Below, piece by piece: positions 1-9,693 of a DNA stretch of 64,000 bases (position 1 is the first letter of the stretch; the number at the start of each line of letters is the position of its first letter). Made by a program: the position numbers and the translations under genes. Location of the stretch: the NCBI GenBank assembly GCA_043803945.1, contig JAZDJN010000027.1, forward strand, positions 36,383 to 100,382, given 5' to 3'. The stretch comes from a bacterium. GTDB lineage: Bacteria > Bacteroidota > Ignavibacteria > UBA10030. The notes under the pieces were generated by a model. That model ran no database searches, was not told the origin of the DNA, and saw only the letters and a program-made list of their open reading frames with translations.

Positions 1-1
1 A

Positions 2-1045
2 CTCAATCGTGAAACAACGTTTCTTAAGGCACAGCAATCCTTATTCGGTCGATCGTCGATTTCAGATCAGGATGAATCTGTTGAAAGGATAGAGGAGTAT
101 TCATCGATTGCGGATAGTGTTTCTGAGATGGTTCTTGATTCGAGTTCCTGCTTTTTCGATACAATCATAGACAATCTCACCGAAGCTGCCGATGCTGCAC
201 GCGACTCGTTGGAGTCCGTCTATTGGCTTCTGGAGGAGGATCAACAGAAGGAGAATGATCTTCTTGCAGAGCGCCAGGAAGCGATTGCAGACAGTCTTGC
301 CGAGGTGAAGGAACATGCTTCGAGACTTGTTGTTTCGATGTACTATAATCACCATGCAACGTATCGCGGCCGCGATAATGGGATTAGCTATAATTCATTT
401 GTTCCAACCCTCACGTATACTCATCGATCGGGATTTTCTCTTGGGCTGATGGGAATCATTTTCCCCAATCACCCTGAGCGTCGTTATGAAGGTACCGGAG
501 TAAGTCTGGGTTACTCGGGAGAAATTGCTGCTGTGGTGAGTTCCAGCATTACCTATACGCATTTTTGGTTTGGCAAGAACAGTGCGGAACCGCGCTCCTA
601 TATGAACGATAACCTCTGGGCTGATTTGGATATAAACCTCGGCAGCTTTTCCATGAATCTTGCATCAACGTATGATATAGGATCAAAATCCGAATTCAAT
701 GGTATCCTTACTTCGATGGTTCTTCTTGATCTTGGTAAACCATTCGGAGCAGACAGGTTCGTCGGCGGCCCGGTGCTTTCGGCGCTCTACGGGCAACAGG
801 ATGCAACCTTAACGAGTGTTCGATTAACCATCTTGAAAAAGAGAACGATCTCCACAACCGTCACCGAAGAGAAAAAAGTGTTTGGAGTTCTCTGCTATGA
901 GCCGATGTTGATCCTCAGTTATCAGAAGGGGGGATTCAATCTGAAACCGTCGCTGGTATATGAAATTCCATTAAATGTTGTCGATAATAGCACCTCTCAT
1001 CCCTTTCTCAATGTGACCTTGGAGATGAGTTATACCATCCGTTAA
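2..1045 (+). CDS. hypothetical protein, possibly outer-membrane beta-barrel (5' partial, runs off the window edge)
   Basis: Frame is open from position 2 through the ORF-track start at 128. C-terminal two-thirds has alternating aromatic/hydrophobic beta-strand patterns ending ...LEMSYTIR. Confidence 0.5.
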   Translation, partial: LNRETTFLKAQQSLFGRSSISDQDESVERIEEYSSIADSVSEMVLDSSSCFFDTIIDNLTEAADAARDSLESVYWLLEEDQQKENDLLAERQEAIADSLAEVKEHASRLVVSMYYNHHATYRGRDNGISYNSFVPTLTYTHRSGFSLGLMGIIFPNHPERRYEGTGVSLGYSGEIAAVVSSSITYTHFWFGKNSAEPRSYMNDNLWADLDINLGSFSMNLASTYDIGSKSEFNGILTSMVLLDLGKPFGADRFVGGPVLSALYGQQDATLTSVRLTILKKRTISTTVTEEKKVFGVLCYEPMLILSYQKGGFNLKPSLVYEIPLNVVDNSTSHPFLNVTLEMSYTIR

Positions 1046-1184
1046 AGATGATCTGCGGGTAAAATCGATCGTGCGCTTTCAGGTTTATGCACTGAACAAT
1101 AGAAGATCGGCACTGAAAAAATTGTTGAGCACGATTAATCTTCGTGCTTGTTGAAAAACTATTCTTTATCGAAAGAGGCTCACT

Positions 1185-1706
1185 ATGAAAATCAGAATGT
1201 TGCTTGCGGTTCTTTTGGTACTCTGCTTTGCACAGATGCTTGTTGGTCAGCAATCGAATCCCGTCTGGGAGAAGTGGCAGTATTTGCTCGGCACATGGAT
1301 TGGTGAAGGAAGCGGTCAACCGGGACAAGGTAGCGGCTCATTTACATTCCAAACTGATCTTAGCGGCTCGGTCATCATCCGGAAAAGTCAAACAACCTTT
1401 CCTGCGACCAAGGATAAAGGAGCAAGCCTTCATGAGGATTTGTTAATTATCTATTTGGATTATTCTGGAGTGCCTTCAAAAGCAATTTACTTCGATAATG
1501 AACGACACGCCATCAACTATACCGTTATGTATCGTGATCAAGTGATCGTGTTCACCAGTGAAAGTATCAAAAATGCTCCACGATTTCGGTTATCCTACGA
1601 GCCGATTGATCGCAATATCGTGAATACCAAATTTGAGATCGCCTCGCCTCAGAATCAGGATGAGTTTAAAACCTATATCGAAGGGAAATCCAGAAGGAAA
1701 GAATAA
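1185..1706 (+). CDS. secreted small beta-barrel protein (nitrobindin/FABP-like, tentative)
   Basis: Signal peptide MKIRMLLAVLLVLCFAQ, then WQYLLGTWIGEGSG motif typical of this fold; RBS-like AGAGG upstream. Confidence 0.5.
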   Translation: MKIRMLLAVLLVLCFAQMLVGQQSNPVWEKWQYLLGTWIGEGSGQPGQGSGSFTFQTDLSGSVIIRKSQTTFPATKDKGASLHEDLLIIYLDYSGVPSKAIYFDNERHAINYTVMYRDQVIVFTSESIKNAPRFRLSYEPIDRNIVNTKFEIASPQNQDEFKTYIEGKSRRKE

Positions 1707-1812
1707 TATCAGCTTGGAGTTGTTTGGCTAATTTATCAATGGTCGGAAATGCAGTTTGGAACTTGCATCTCATTCCGGAAATAGGTATCTATTACAGGGT
1801 GGAAAAAAATCG

Positions 1813-2163
1813 ATGAATAGAAAATTCACACAGCATATTGCAGCCAGCGTCCTTCTGCTCTACCTCTGTGTGGGTTTCCTTGGTAGCCTCGAGGTGATAT
1901 CGAATCTGTTCCGGCCTCCGACACCGGTCACCTCTTTCCGGGTATCGAAACCTCTCCCGCCAACATCATGCAAAATCATCTGGACTCAGTATAAGCATAT
2001 CCCGAGCAGTCCAAAGGTGGTGGTTCAAACCCAGGCGATACTCACTGATCCAATTTCGATCGAACGAAAAGAATTTTCTACTCTAGTCATTCCTTTTCAG
2101 GTTTCAGGATATACATCTCCTCAACATTCTTCCGGCTCTTCTCGCGCTCCACCTTCAGCATAA
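1813..2163 (+). CDS. small protein with N-terminal hydrophobic segment and C-terminal RAPP motif (DUF2946-like / candidate arrest peptide)
   Basis: ATG at 1813 gives MNRKFTQHIAASVLLLYLCVGFLG..., a Pro/Ser-rich linker, and ...SSRAPPSA-stop. Confidence 0.6.
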   Translation: MNRKFTQHIAASVLLLYLCVGFLGSLEVISNLFRPPTPVTSFRVSKPLPPTSCKIIWTQYKHIPSSPKVVVQTQAILTDPISIERKEFSTLVIPFQVSGYTSPQHSSGSSRAPPSA

Positions 2164-2320
2164 CATTTCTCAAATCAATACTGTAGACGAATCTTAGAAC
2201 TCAAGTCTGCTCGTGTTCTGATAAATTCATTTATACGAATTCATTTCATGCGATGAGGAGCAGAAGAGAATCCTCTCTTGTTCTAAGTTTCTTTCCACTG
2301 AAGTAAGAAGGGTGAGTGTC

Positions 2321-3544
2321 ATGATTCTATGGCATCGACGAGCTCTTACAAAAAGCACGCAATTGGCAAACAATGTACTGCGTCCATTTCAGGAGTTCTT
2401 TCGAATTGAATCGAGTGCCGGGATTCTTCTGTTCATATGCACGGCAGTCGCATTGTTTTGGGCCAACTCACCGTGGAGTACAACCTACAGTTCCTTCTGG
2501 CAGTACAGCCCTGCGGTTGATCTCGGCAGATTCAAGTTCTCGAAATCCCTTGAACACCTTGTGAATGATGGCTTGATGGCCATCTTTTTTCTCGTTGTCG
2601 GATTAGAGATCAAACGGGAATTGTTAGTTGGAGAAATCTCTTCCTTGAAGAAAGCAGCACTGCCCGTGATTGCCGCGATTGGCGGGATGTTAGTACCAGC
2701 CTCGCTATTTCTCTCGTTCAATTCCGGCACTGAAGGTTCGCACGGATGGGGTATCCCCATGGCAACCGATATTGCCTTTGCCATCGGTGTTCTCTCGCTG
2801 CTCGGAAACAGAATACCTCTTGGATTGAAAGTCTTTCTGACAGCCCTGGCGATCATCGACGACCTAGGTGCCGTTCTGGTAATTGCCTTTTTCTACACCA
2901 GCGAGATTAATGGCTCGGCGCTTATTGTAGCAGGAATGATCTTCCTTTTGCTTCTCCTTCTCAATTACAGAGGAATCCGATTGATTTCGATCTATGTGGT
3001 ACTTGGATTCTTCCTTTGGATTGCACTCTTAAAATCAGGCGTGCATGCGACGATTGCGGGGGTCCTGCTAGCCGCAACGATTCCGGCCCAGTTCAACCGG
3101 TCATTGGATCAGGAGGGAGAGGGGACCTCGCCGCTCCAAAAACTGGAACACACGCTTCATCCATGGGTAAGCTATTTCATCATGCCGGTCTTTGCTCTTG
3201 CCAATGCCGGGATTGTGGTGAGTGCCGGCTTCTTATCGGCCCTGACACATTCTATTTCAGCGGGAATCATTCTTGGACTGGTCATCGGCAAGCAGGTGGG
3301 GATAACACTCTTCGCATGGTTGGCGGTGCGCTTGAAGCTTGCCTCGCTGCCGGCACATACCCGGTGGATTCAACTCTATGGAGTTGGCTGGCTGGGCGGT
3401 ATCGGTTTTACAATGTCGTTGTTCATCGCCACTCTGGCATATGGTGAGTCAGAGATACTGGCAAATGCAAAATTGGCGATACTAATGGGTTCGGTCATTG
3501 CTGGATTTGGAGGATGGGCGCTGCTGCGCTCTGTACGATCATAA
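2321..3544 (+). CDS. nhaA: Na+/H+ antiporter NhaA
   Basis: Motifs NDGLMAIFFLVVGLEIKRE, GWGIPMATDIAFA, ALAIIDDLGA, GIGFTMSLFI. Confidence 0.97.
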   Translation: MILWHRRALTKSTQLANNVLRPFQEFFRIESSAGILLFICTAVALFWANSPWSTTYSSFWQYSPAVDLGRFKFSKSLEHLVNDGLMAIFFLVVGLEIKRELLVGEISSLKKAALPVIAAIGGMLVPASLFLSFNSGTEGSHGWGIPMATDIAFAIGVLSLLGNRIPLGLKVFLTALAIIDDLGAVLVIAFFYTSEINGSALIVAGMIFLLLLLLNYRGIRLISIYVVLGFFLWIALLKSGVHATIAGVLLAATIPAQFNRSLDQEGEGTSPLQKLEHTLHPWVSYFIMPVFALANAGIVVSAGFLSALTHSISAGIILGLVIGKQVGITLFAWLAVRLKLASLPAHTRWIQLYGVGWLGGIGFTMSLFIATLAYGESEILANAKLAILMGSVIAGFGGWALLRSVRS

Positions 3545-3596
3545 TAATATTTCAACTTACAACGATTTTTTACTTCGAAAATAGAAGGGTTGGCAT

Positions 3597-3806
3597 ATGA
3601 AAAAGAATTTTCAATTGATAGACATTGTCTTCAGTCTCATAGTTTCTTTCGTTGTGAGCCTCATTCTCTGCGTTGTTTATAGTTTACAAACTGATGAGTA
3701 TGTCCATATTCATTGGGAGCTCTGTGCAGTTCTTGCGTTGCTCATCGGAGTTGGAATTCTTTGGAATCAACGGCGCGACAGAAAAGCCCAGGTGAAAAAG
3801 CAATAA
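3597..3806 (+). CDS. small two-TM membrane protein
   Basis: 69 aa, two hydrophobic stretches and a basic C-tail; co-oriented within the cluster. Confidence 0.55.
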   Translation: MKKNFQLIDIVFSLIVSFVVSLILCVVYSLQTDEYVHIHWELCAVLALLIGVGILWNQRRDRKAQVKKQ

Positions 3807-3910
3807 CCATGTGCAGTAGTTAGAAAGATCGTTTCATAACGAGGCTCGAACAACCAAGCATTTTATCCTGTGCTTACAGGCAATCAACATTTAAGCGAGA
3901 TGAGGTATCT

Positions 3911-4582
3911 ATGCCTAGTCAAATAGAAGCAACCATCAATTCCCTAAAATCTCTTTGGGAACAACTCCTCCAATTCTTACCTCAATTGCTTATCAGTCTT
4001 GGCATTATGGCAGTCGGATGGTTCATTGCATTATTGATACGGAAGGGAGTTATTGTCCTCCTTAAACTCCTCCGAGTCGATAAAATGGCAGAAAAAGCTG
4101 GGCTCGAAGGTATTCTCTTAAAAGGTGGTGCTCAGTATTCGACAGTGAATATCCTGGCAAATCTTTTCTATTGGTTCCTGATGTTGGGGCTAACACTCTC
4201 CGTCCTTCATAGCCTCGGATTAGACACGGCAAAGGAAGTGTTCAATCGGATTATTCTCTACATCCCGAATGTCATTGCAGCTCTCTTTATACTTGTTTTT
4301 GGAATGTTTCTGGCAAAACTCTTACGGGGAGCACTGCTCACATACCTTACGAATGTCAGAATTTCAGGTGCAGACTTTGTGAGCACGGTAACGTATTGGG
4401 CGATCGTTTTTCTTGTCTTATCAAGCATGCTTCAACAACTGTCGCTCGGTGGACAATTGTTGATCTCGGCGTTCGAAATAGCCTTCGCAGGATTGTGTCT
4501 CGCACTCGCCATAGCCTTTGGCCTGGCAGGAAAAGAGTGGGCTACTCAAATTCTGGAGAAACTCTGGAGAAGCAGTCGTTGA
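3911..4582 (+). CDS. CmpX-like membrane protein (conserved TM-helix family related to small mechanosensitive channel N-termini)
   Basis: Repeated FLPQLL / YIPNVIAALFILVFG units; C-terminal ALAIAFGLAGKEWA motif; GAGG RBS. Confidence 0.8.
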   Translation: MPSQIEATINSLKSLWEQLLQFLPQLLISLGIMAVGWFIALLIRKGVIVLLKLLRVDKMAEKAGLEGILLKGGAQYSTVNILANLFYWFLMLGLTLSVLHSLGLDTAKEVFNRIILYIPNVIAALFILVFGMFLAKLLRGALLTYLTNVRISGADFVSTVTYWAIVFLVLSSMLQQLSLGGQLLISAFEIAFAGLCLALAIAFGLAGKEWATQILEKLWRSSR

Positions 4583-4637
4583 TGATACTCAATTATCATT
4601 GCGGGAGTGTCTAATTATACGATAGGATGGTGTAATT

Positions 4638-6905
4638 ATGAAGATTACCGTTCGTCTTATTATATCGCTTTTCATAGCGGCCGCCTTTGTTGCTGCTGTG
4701 TTTTCCTACCTTCAGGTTCAGAATGAACGAGATCTCCTTGTTCAAGACCTAACGAGCCGGGCGCGTGTCCTTGGTGAAAGTATGGAGGAAACCATCAAGG
4801 AATACATTCAAGCGAATGCAATGGCAAAACTTAAAAGCACGATATATCGATTCGGCAGAAGGACAAAACTCCTTGGAATTGCAGTTTATGATAATCAAGG
4901 GGCGGGTATTGCTTTCAGTCCAGCGCTGGATTCTACATTCTCGACAACTCCCCCGGAAGTCTGGGAATCAATCACAAGCCTAAAAGCTGTCAGTGGAATG
5001 AAGGAGGTGAGCGGTAATACTGTCCATTTATATGTTCATCCCCTGATGGCTGACTCGTCGATTGTTGGAGCGTTACTGTTCTACCATGATGTTTCCTTTA
5101 TTGATGCAAAGCTCCAGGGGATCTGGCAGACAAACTTTATTCGTCTGCTTACGCATTTTTTCCTAATTATCGTGACGACCATTCTTGTCGTACGATGGAG
5201 TATCAAAGGCCCCATTGCACAAATTGCCCATTGGATGCGCGGTTTACGAACGGGAAAATCTTATCAAACAATCCCAATTCCACGGGGTGATCTTCTTGAA
5301 CCGTTAGCCAATGAAGTCTCACTGCTTGCAAAAAGCCTCACACAAGCACGAACCGCTGCTCAGGAAGAGGCACGTCTGCGTATAGAAGCCGAGTCACTTT
5401 GGACCTCAGAACGGCTAAAGGAACATGTCAAAATTGAGTTAAACGGGAAAAATCTTTTCGTTATCTCCAACCGCGAGCCCTATATGCATATGATAATGGG
5501 AGGAACGATTCAGTGTATCGTTCCGGCGGGCGGATTAGTCACTGCCCTTGATCCGATTCTGCGTGCGTGCGGGGGTATATGGATTGCCCATGGGAGTGGC
5601 ACTGCTGACAGAGAGACTGTTGATATGCAGGATCGCGTTCAGGTTCCACCAGAGGATCCGACATATTCATTGCGACGAGTCTTTCTCACCAAAGAGGAGG
5701 AAGAGGGATACTATTACGGGTTCTCCAACGAAGGGATATGGCCGCTCTGTCATATTACACACACTCGTCCCACATTTAAATTACAAGATTGGGTTCATTA
5801 TCAAAATGTCAATGAGCAATTTGCAAAAGCGTTGTTAGAAGAAATCCGAAATGAAGAATCTCCCCTGATTTTGATTCAGGATTATCATTTTGCTCTCCTT
5901 CCATTATTGATTAAATCCAAACGCCCGGATGCGAGGGTGGCGATCTTCTGGCATATTCCCTGGCCCAATCCCGAAGTGTTCGGCATTTGTCCCTGGAAAC
6001 AGGAATTGCTGCTTGGTTTACTCGGCGCGGATCTTATCGGGTTTCATATCCAATTTCACTGCAACAATTTCCTTGAGACAGTGGATCGTTACTTAGAATC
6101 AAAAATCAACTGGGATCAATTTTCCGTTGAGCGGCATGGACAACTCACCTCTGTGCGTCCATTTCCTATCAGTGTCGCTCATCCGTATGAGTCTGAAATC
6201 AGCACTCAACGGCCAGTCTCTATCGCTACCAAAGAGTCCTTACTCAAAAAATCTGGAGTTGTTGCTCCCTTCATGGCGTTGGGCGTCGATCGGATAGACT
6301 ATACAAAGGGAATCGTTGAACGATTCCAGGCAGTGCGGCGATTCCTGGAAAAATATCCAGAATATGTTGGGAAGTTTACATTCGTTGAACTCGGAGCACC
6401 GAGCCGTACGCATATCAAACGCTACCACGACCTGATCGCTGAATTGGATGAAACAGTCGATCGCATTAATTGGTCGTTTCAAGCTAAAAATTGGAAACCG
6501 ATCGTTTTTCTCAAAGCCCACCATGATCACAAAACCATCGGCGATTATTATCGGGTTGCCGATGTGTGCATGGTCACTTCTCTTCATGACGGGATGAATC
6601 TCGTTGCCAAAGAATTTATTGCAACACGCACCGATGACGATGGTGTTCTCATTCTCAGTCAATTTGCAGGGGCGGCACGGGAGCTACCCGATGCACTCAT
6701 CGTTAATCCGTACGATATTGAAGAAATGGCTGAAGCGCTTCATCTGGCATTGACGATGGAGAAAAAAGAACAACGTGAACGAATGCAAGAGATGCGAACG
6801 GTGGTGAAAGAAAGAAATGTTTACCGGTGGGCAGCGAACATTATAACAACCCTCACGCACTTGCGGATGCCCAAGCAACCTGCAGCGATGGAGTCACAAC
6901 AGTGA
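4638..6905 (+). CDS. otsA: trehalose-6-phosphate synthase (GT20) fused to an N-terminal TM-extracytoplasmic sensor-TM-HAMP module
   Basis: GT20 motifs VISNREPY, GGLVTAL, IQDYH, FWHIPWP, GVDRIDYTKG, DGMNLVAKEF from ~aa 270. The N-terminus has two TM helices, a Cache/PDC-like loop and a HAMP-like segment. Confidence 0.93.
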   Translation: MKITVRLIISLFIAAAFVAAVFSYLQVQNERDLLVQDLTSRARVLGESMEETIKEYIQANAMAKLKSTIYRFGRRTKLLGIAVYDNQGAGIAFSPALDSTFSTTPPEVWESITSLKAVSGMKEVSGNTVHLYVHPLMADSSIVGALLFYHDVSFIDAKLQGIWQTNFIRLLTHFFLIIVTTILVVRWSIKGPIAQIAHWMRGLRTGKSYQTIPIPRGDLLEPLANEVSLLAKSLTQARTAAQEEARLRIEAESLWTSERLKEHVKIELNGKNLFVISNREPYMHMIMGGTIQCIVPAGGLVTALDPILRACGGIWIAHGSGTADRETVDMQDRVQVPPEDPTYSLRRVFLTKEEEEGYYYGFSNEGIWPLCHITHTRPTFKLQDWVHYQNVNEQFAKALLEEIRNEESPLILIQDYHFALLPLLIKSKRPDARVAIFWHIPWPNPEVFGICPWKQELLLGLLGADLIGFHIQFHCNNFLETVDRYLESKINWDQFSVERHGQLTSVRPFPISVAHPYESEISTQRPVSIATKESLLKKSGVVAPFMALGVDRIDYTKGIVERFQAVRRFLEKYPEYVGKFTFVELGAPSRTHIKRYHDLIAELDETVDRINWSFQAKNWKPIVFLKAHHDHKTIGDYYRVADVCMVTSLHDGMNLVAKEFIATRTDDDGVLILSQFAGAARELPDALIVNPYDIEEMAEALHLALTMEKKEQRERMQEMRTVVKERNVYRWAANIITTLTHLRMPKQPAAMESQQ

Positions 6906-7741
6906 AGAATCCGGTCTATCTATTTTCAGGACGACGAGAATCATGGGACGCGATCGCCCGGAAATTACGCGCTGCTTCCGGCATAGCTCTATTTCTTGAT
7001 TACGATGGAACATTGACCCCGATCCGGCGGACGCCATCAGCGGCAGTTCTTACACCGGACGTAAAGAACATTTTACAGCAGTTGGCACAACTTCCGGATG
7101 TGTGCGTCGCTATCGTCACCGGCAGGTCAATGAGGGATATCCAGAAACTCGTTCGTGTAGATACCCTCGGATTTGCCGCAAATCATGGTTTCCATATGGA
7201 TATCAATGGAATTGACTGGATTCATCCTCAAGCTGTATCTCAGAAGAAAGTACTGTCACGACTTCACTCGATTCTTTGCAACGCACTTGCAGCATTTCCT
7301 GAACTCTATATTGAGAACAAACAATTCACATTAAGTATTCATTATAGGAATGTTGCTGCACATCATGTCCGTTCCCTCAAAGCACTGGTTTCGAAAACCG
7401 TACACTCATTTAATCCGACACTACAAATAACTCGCGGAAAGAAAATATTGGAAGTAAGACCTCAAATACCATGGGGAAAGGGAGATGCTGTTTTAGCAAT
7501 GTTAAATTTGAGTAAGACTTCTCAACGCCGGATCCCGCTGTTTATCGGCGATGATACAACAGATGAGGATGTCTTTCGAGCCTTGCGTTCGAAAGGGATA
7601 ACGATACGGGTGGGAAGGGCGCGATCTACAAATGCGCAATACTATGTGAAGAGCGTCAAGGAAGTTCACGATATACTTCGATTGATCATCTCTCTCAGAG
7701 AGAATCGTTCTATCCGCACTCGTTCACGTCAGAAGAAATAA
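6902..7741 (+). CDS. otsB: trehalose-6-phosphate phosphatase (HAD family)
   Basis: FLDYDGTLTPI, VTGRS, GKKILEVRP, GKGDAV, IGDDTTDEDVF. GTG start at 6902 overlaps the otsA stop (GTGA). Confidence 0.93.
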   Translation: MKNPVYLFSGRRESWDAIARKLRAASGIALFLDYDGTLTPIRRTPSAAVLTPDVKNILQQLAQLPDVCVAIVTGRSMRDIQKLVRVDTLGFAANHGFHMDINGIDWIHPQAVSQKKVLSRLHSILCNALAAFPELYIENKQFTLSIHYRNVAAHHVRSLKALVSKTVHSFNPTLQITRGKKILEVRPQIPWGKGDAVLAMLNLSKTSQRRIPLFIGDDTTDEDVFRALRSKGITIRVGRARSTNAQYYVKSVKEVHDILRLIISLRENRSIRTRSRQKK

Positions 7742-7756
7742 GGAAGGAACATCAGC

Positions 7757-8965
7757 ATGCATGCATTAGAAGAATACCGGGACATTGTCGGTGATGATGT
7801 TATCGCAGAAATCTATCGTTTAGCTCGTCCGCTATATGGTAAGAAAATCCTTCATATCAATTCCACCTACTATGGAGGCGGTGTTGCAGAGATCCTCTAT
7901 TCACTTGTGCCACTTCTGAATGCCGCCGGTCTTGATGCCGACTGGAGAATGTTGCGAGGTACTCCGGAATTTTTCAACGTCACAAAGAAATTCCACAACG
8001 CTATTCAGGGTGAATCGATCCGAATGACCGACATCAAGGCAGCGCTCTATTCCGAGAATAATCAGGACTTTGCATCGTATTGCAAGATCGATGCCGATTG
8101 TGTGATCATTCATGATCCTCAACCATTACCACTGATCCGTTTTTATAAGAAACGCCAACCCTGGCTCTGGAGGTGTCACGTTGATCTCTCGCATCCAAAC
8201 CAAGATCTCTGGCACTTTCTCAAAGGGTATATCCTTGCCTATGATGGTATCATTGTCTCCGATGAACAGTATGTTCAAAAAGATCTTCCGATGAACTATA
8301 CTATCATCGATCCTGCTATTGATCCACTCTCCTCGAAGAATAGAGTTATCCCGGAGGACCTAATAGAACGGACGCTTCAGAAGTATGATGTCCCCACTGA
8401 TAAACCATTTATTACTCAAATATCAAGATTTGACAAGTGGAAAGATCCTGAAAATGTTATTGAAGTATATAAACTTGTGCGGAAGGAATGCGATTGTCGG
8501 TTAATACTGTGTGGAAGCATGGCAACGGATGATCCGGAAGGCTGGGAATATTTCGAGCGAACGAGGAAGGCAGCAGGATCGTACCTTGATAATAAGGATA
8601 TCATATTGATTACAGTAGAGGACAATATTTTGGTCAATGCACTCCAGAGTAAGTCGACCATCATTCTTCAAAAATCGATACGGGAAGGATTCGGGCTCAC
8701 GGTCACTGAAGCGCTCTGGAAGGGCAAGCCAGTAGTTGCATCGAATGTTGGCGGTATTCCCCGGCAGTTGATTGATAATAAAACGGGATTTCTCGTGGAG
8801 CCGCTAGATATCCAGGGTTGTGCCGATATCGTGAGTACGATTCTAAAGAATCCAAAGTTGGGTCAGGCACTTGGTGTGAATGGTAAAGAACACGTTCGAA
8901 AAAACTTTCTCATCACCCGGCATGTGATTGATGATCTAAAGCTGCTCAATAAAATATTGAGTTGA
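7757..8965 (+). CDS. treT: GT4 glycosyltransferase, trehalose synthase TreT-like
   Basis: HINSTYYGGGVAEIL, IHDPQP, WRCHVD, QISRFDKWKD, QKSIREGFGLTVTEALWKG. Confidence 0.85.
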   Translation: MHALEEYRDIVGDDVIAEIYRLARPLYGKKILHINSTYYGGGVAEILYSLVPLLNAAGLDADWRMLRGTPEFFNVTKKFHNAIQGESIRMTDIKAALYSENNQDFASYCKIDADCVIIHDPQPLPLIRFYKKRQPWLWRCHVDLSHPNQDLWHFLKGYILAYDGIIVSDEQYVQKDLPMNYTIIDPAIDPLSSKNRVIPEDLIERTLQKYDVPTDKPFITQISRFDKWKDPENVIEVYKLVRKECDCRLILCGSMATDDPEGWEYFERTRKAAGSYLDNKDIILITVEDNILVNALQSKSTIILQKSIREGFGLTVTEALWKGKPVVASNVGGIPRQLIDNKTGFLVEPLDIQGCADIVSTILKNPKLGQALGVNGKEHVRKNFLITRHVIDDLKLLNKILS

Positions 8966-8983
8966 GATTGACTGTGGTGGACC

Positions 8984-9514
8984 ATGAATTATTTTGAACG
9001 TTTTTACAAACACAAGAAATTTTTTGATTTCCTGGACGAGCTAAAGATAAAGCAGCGGCACTGGATTATCTTATCGATTCTCGTTGCAAGCGCCGATTTC
9101 CTGAGTGGCAACAAGATCCAATTTTCTATCCTCTACCTCTTGCCCATTGCTTTGGCTGCCTGGTTTGGTGAACGTCGTGAAGCATTGATTCTTGCTTTGC
9201 TACTTCCCTGTTCTCGATTGATCTTCCGAGCACAATGGGATATGCCATGGTTCGTTCTCGATTCAATGATAAATCTTCTCATTCGCATTCTTGTCTTTAT
9301 CATTATTGCATATTTAATTTCTTTCATAAAAGAGCTACACGTGTTGAGGGGATTATTGCACATCTGTTCGTATTGCAATCGGATCAAAAATGAAGATGGA
9401 ACCTGGATCTCCGTGCAGGAGTATATCGTTGATCATTCAGAAGCTCTCTTGAGTCATGGCATATGTCTTGAGTGTGGTTCAAAACATTTCAGTCGACTGT
9501 TTCCGAACAAATGA
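8984..9514 (+). CDS. membrane protein with C-terminal CxxC...CxxC Zn-ribbon-like domain
   Basis: About four TM helices, then LRGLLHICSYCNRIK...W...SHGICLEC. Confidence 0.7.
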   Translation: MNYFERFYKHKKFFDFLDELKIKQRHWIILSILVASADFLSGNKIQFSILYLLPIALAAWFGERREALILALLLPCSRLIFRAQWDMPWFVLDSMINLLIRILVFIIIAYLISFIKELHVLRGLLHICSYCNRIKNEDGTWISVQEYIVDHSEALLSHGICLECGSKHFSRLFPNK

Positions 9515-9693
9515 GATACTTTTTCGACATGAGTGATTTGACCAATAAGGATTGAGCATATAGTTAACATTACTTGATAAATGCTGAATTTCTTGATCTC
9601 AAAAACTAGGTACTATTCTCCGGTTTGCAGATGTAATGATTCCTTCTCATATTCAATTCACGATCACTAATTCCAGTAAAAGTTGGAACATTG

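Noticed and set aside
2164-2320. nhaA-I/nhaA-II or Na+ riboswitch upstream of nhaA
   Set aside because: No recognisable conserved core by eye, only short generic hairpins; an Infernal scan would be needed.
9515-9693. c-di-AMP (ydaO) riboswitch upstream of the APC transporter
   Set aside because: Only GCTGAAT matches; the downstream GGAAC/GGGGA elements are absent.
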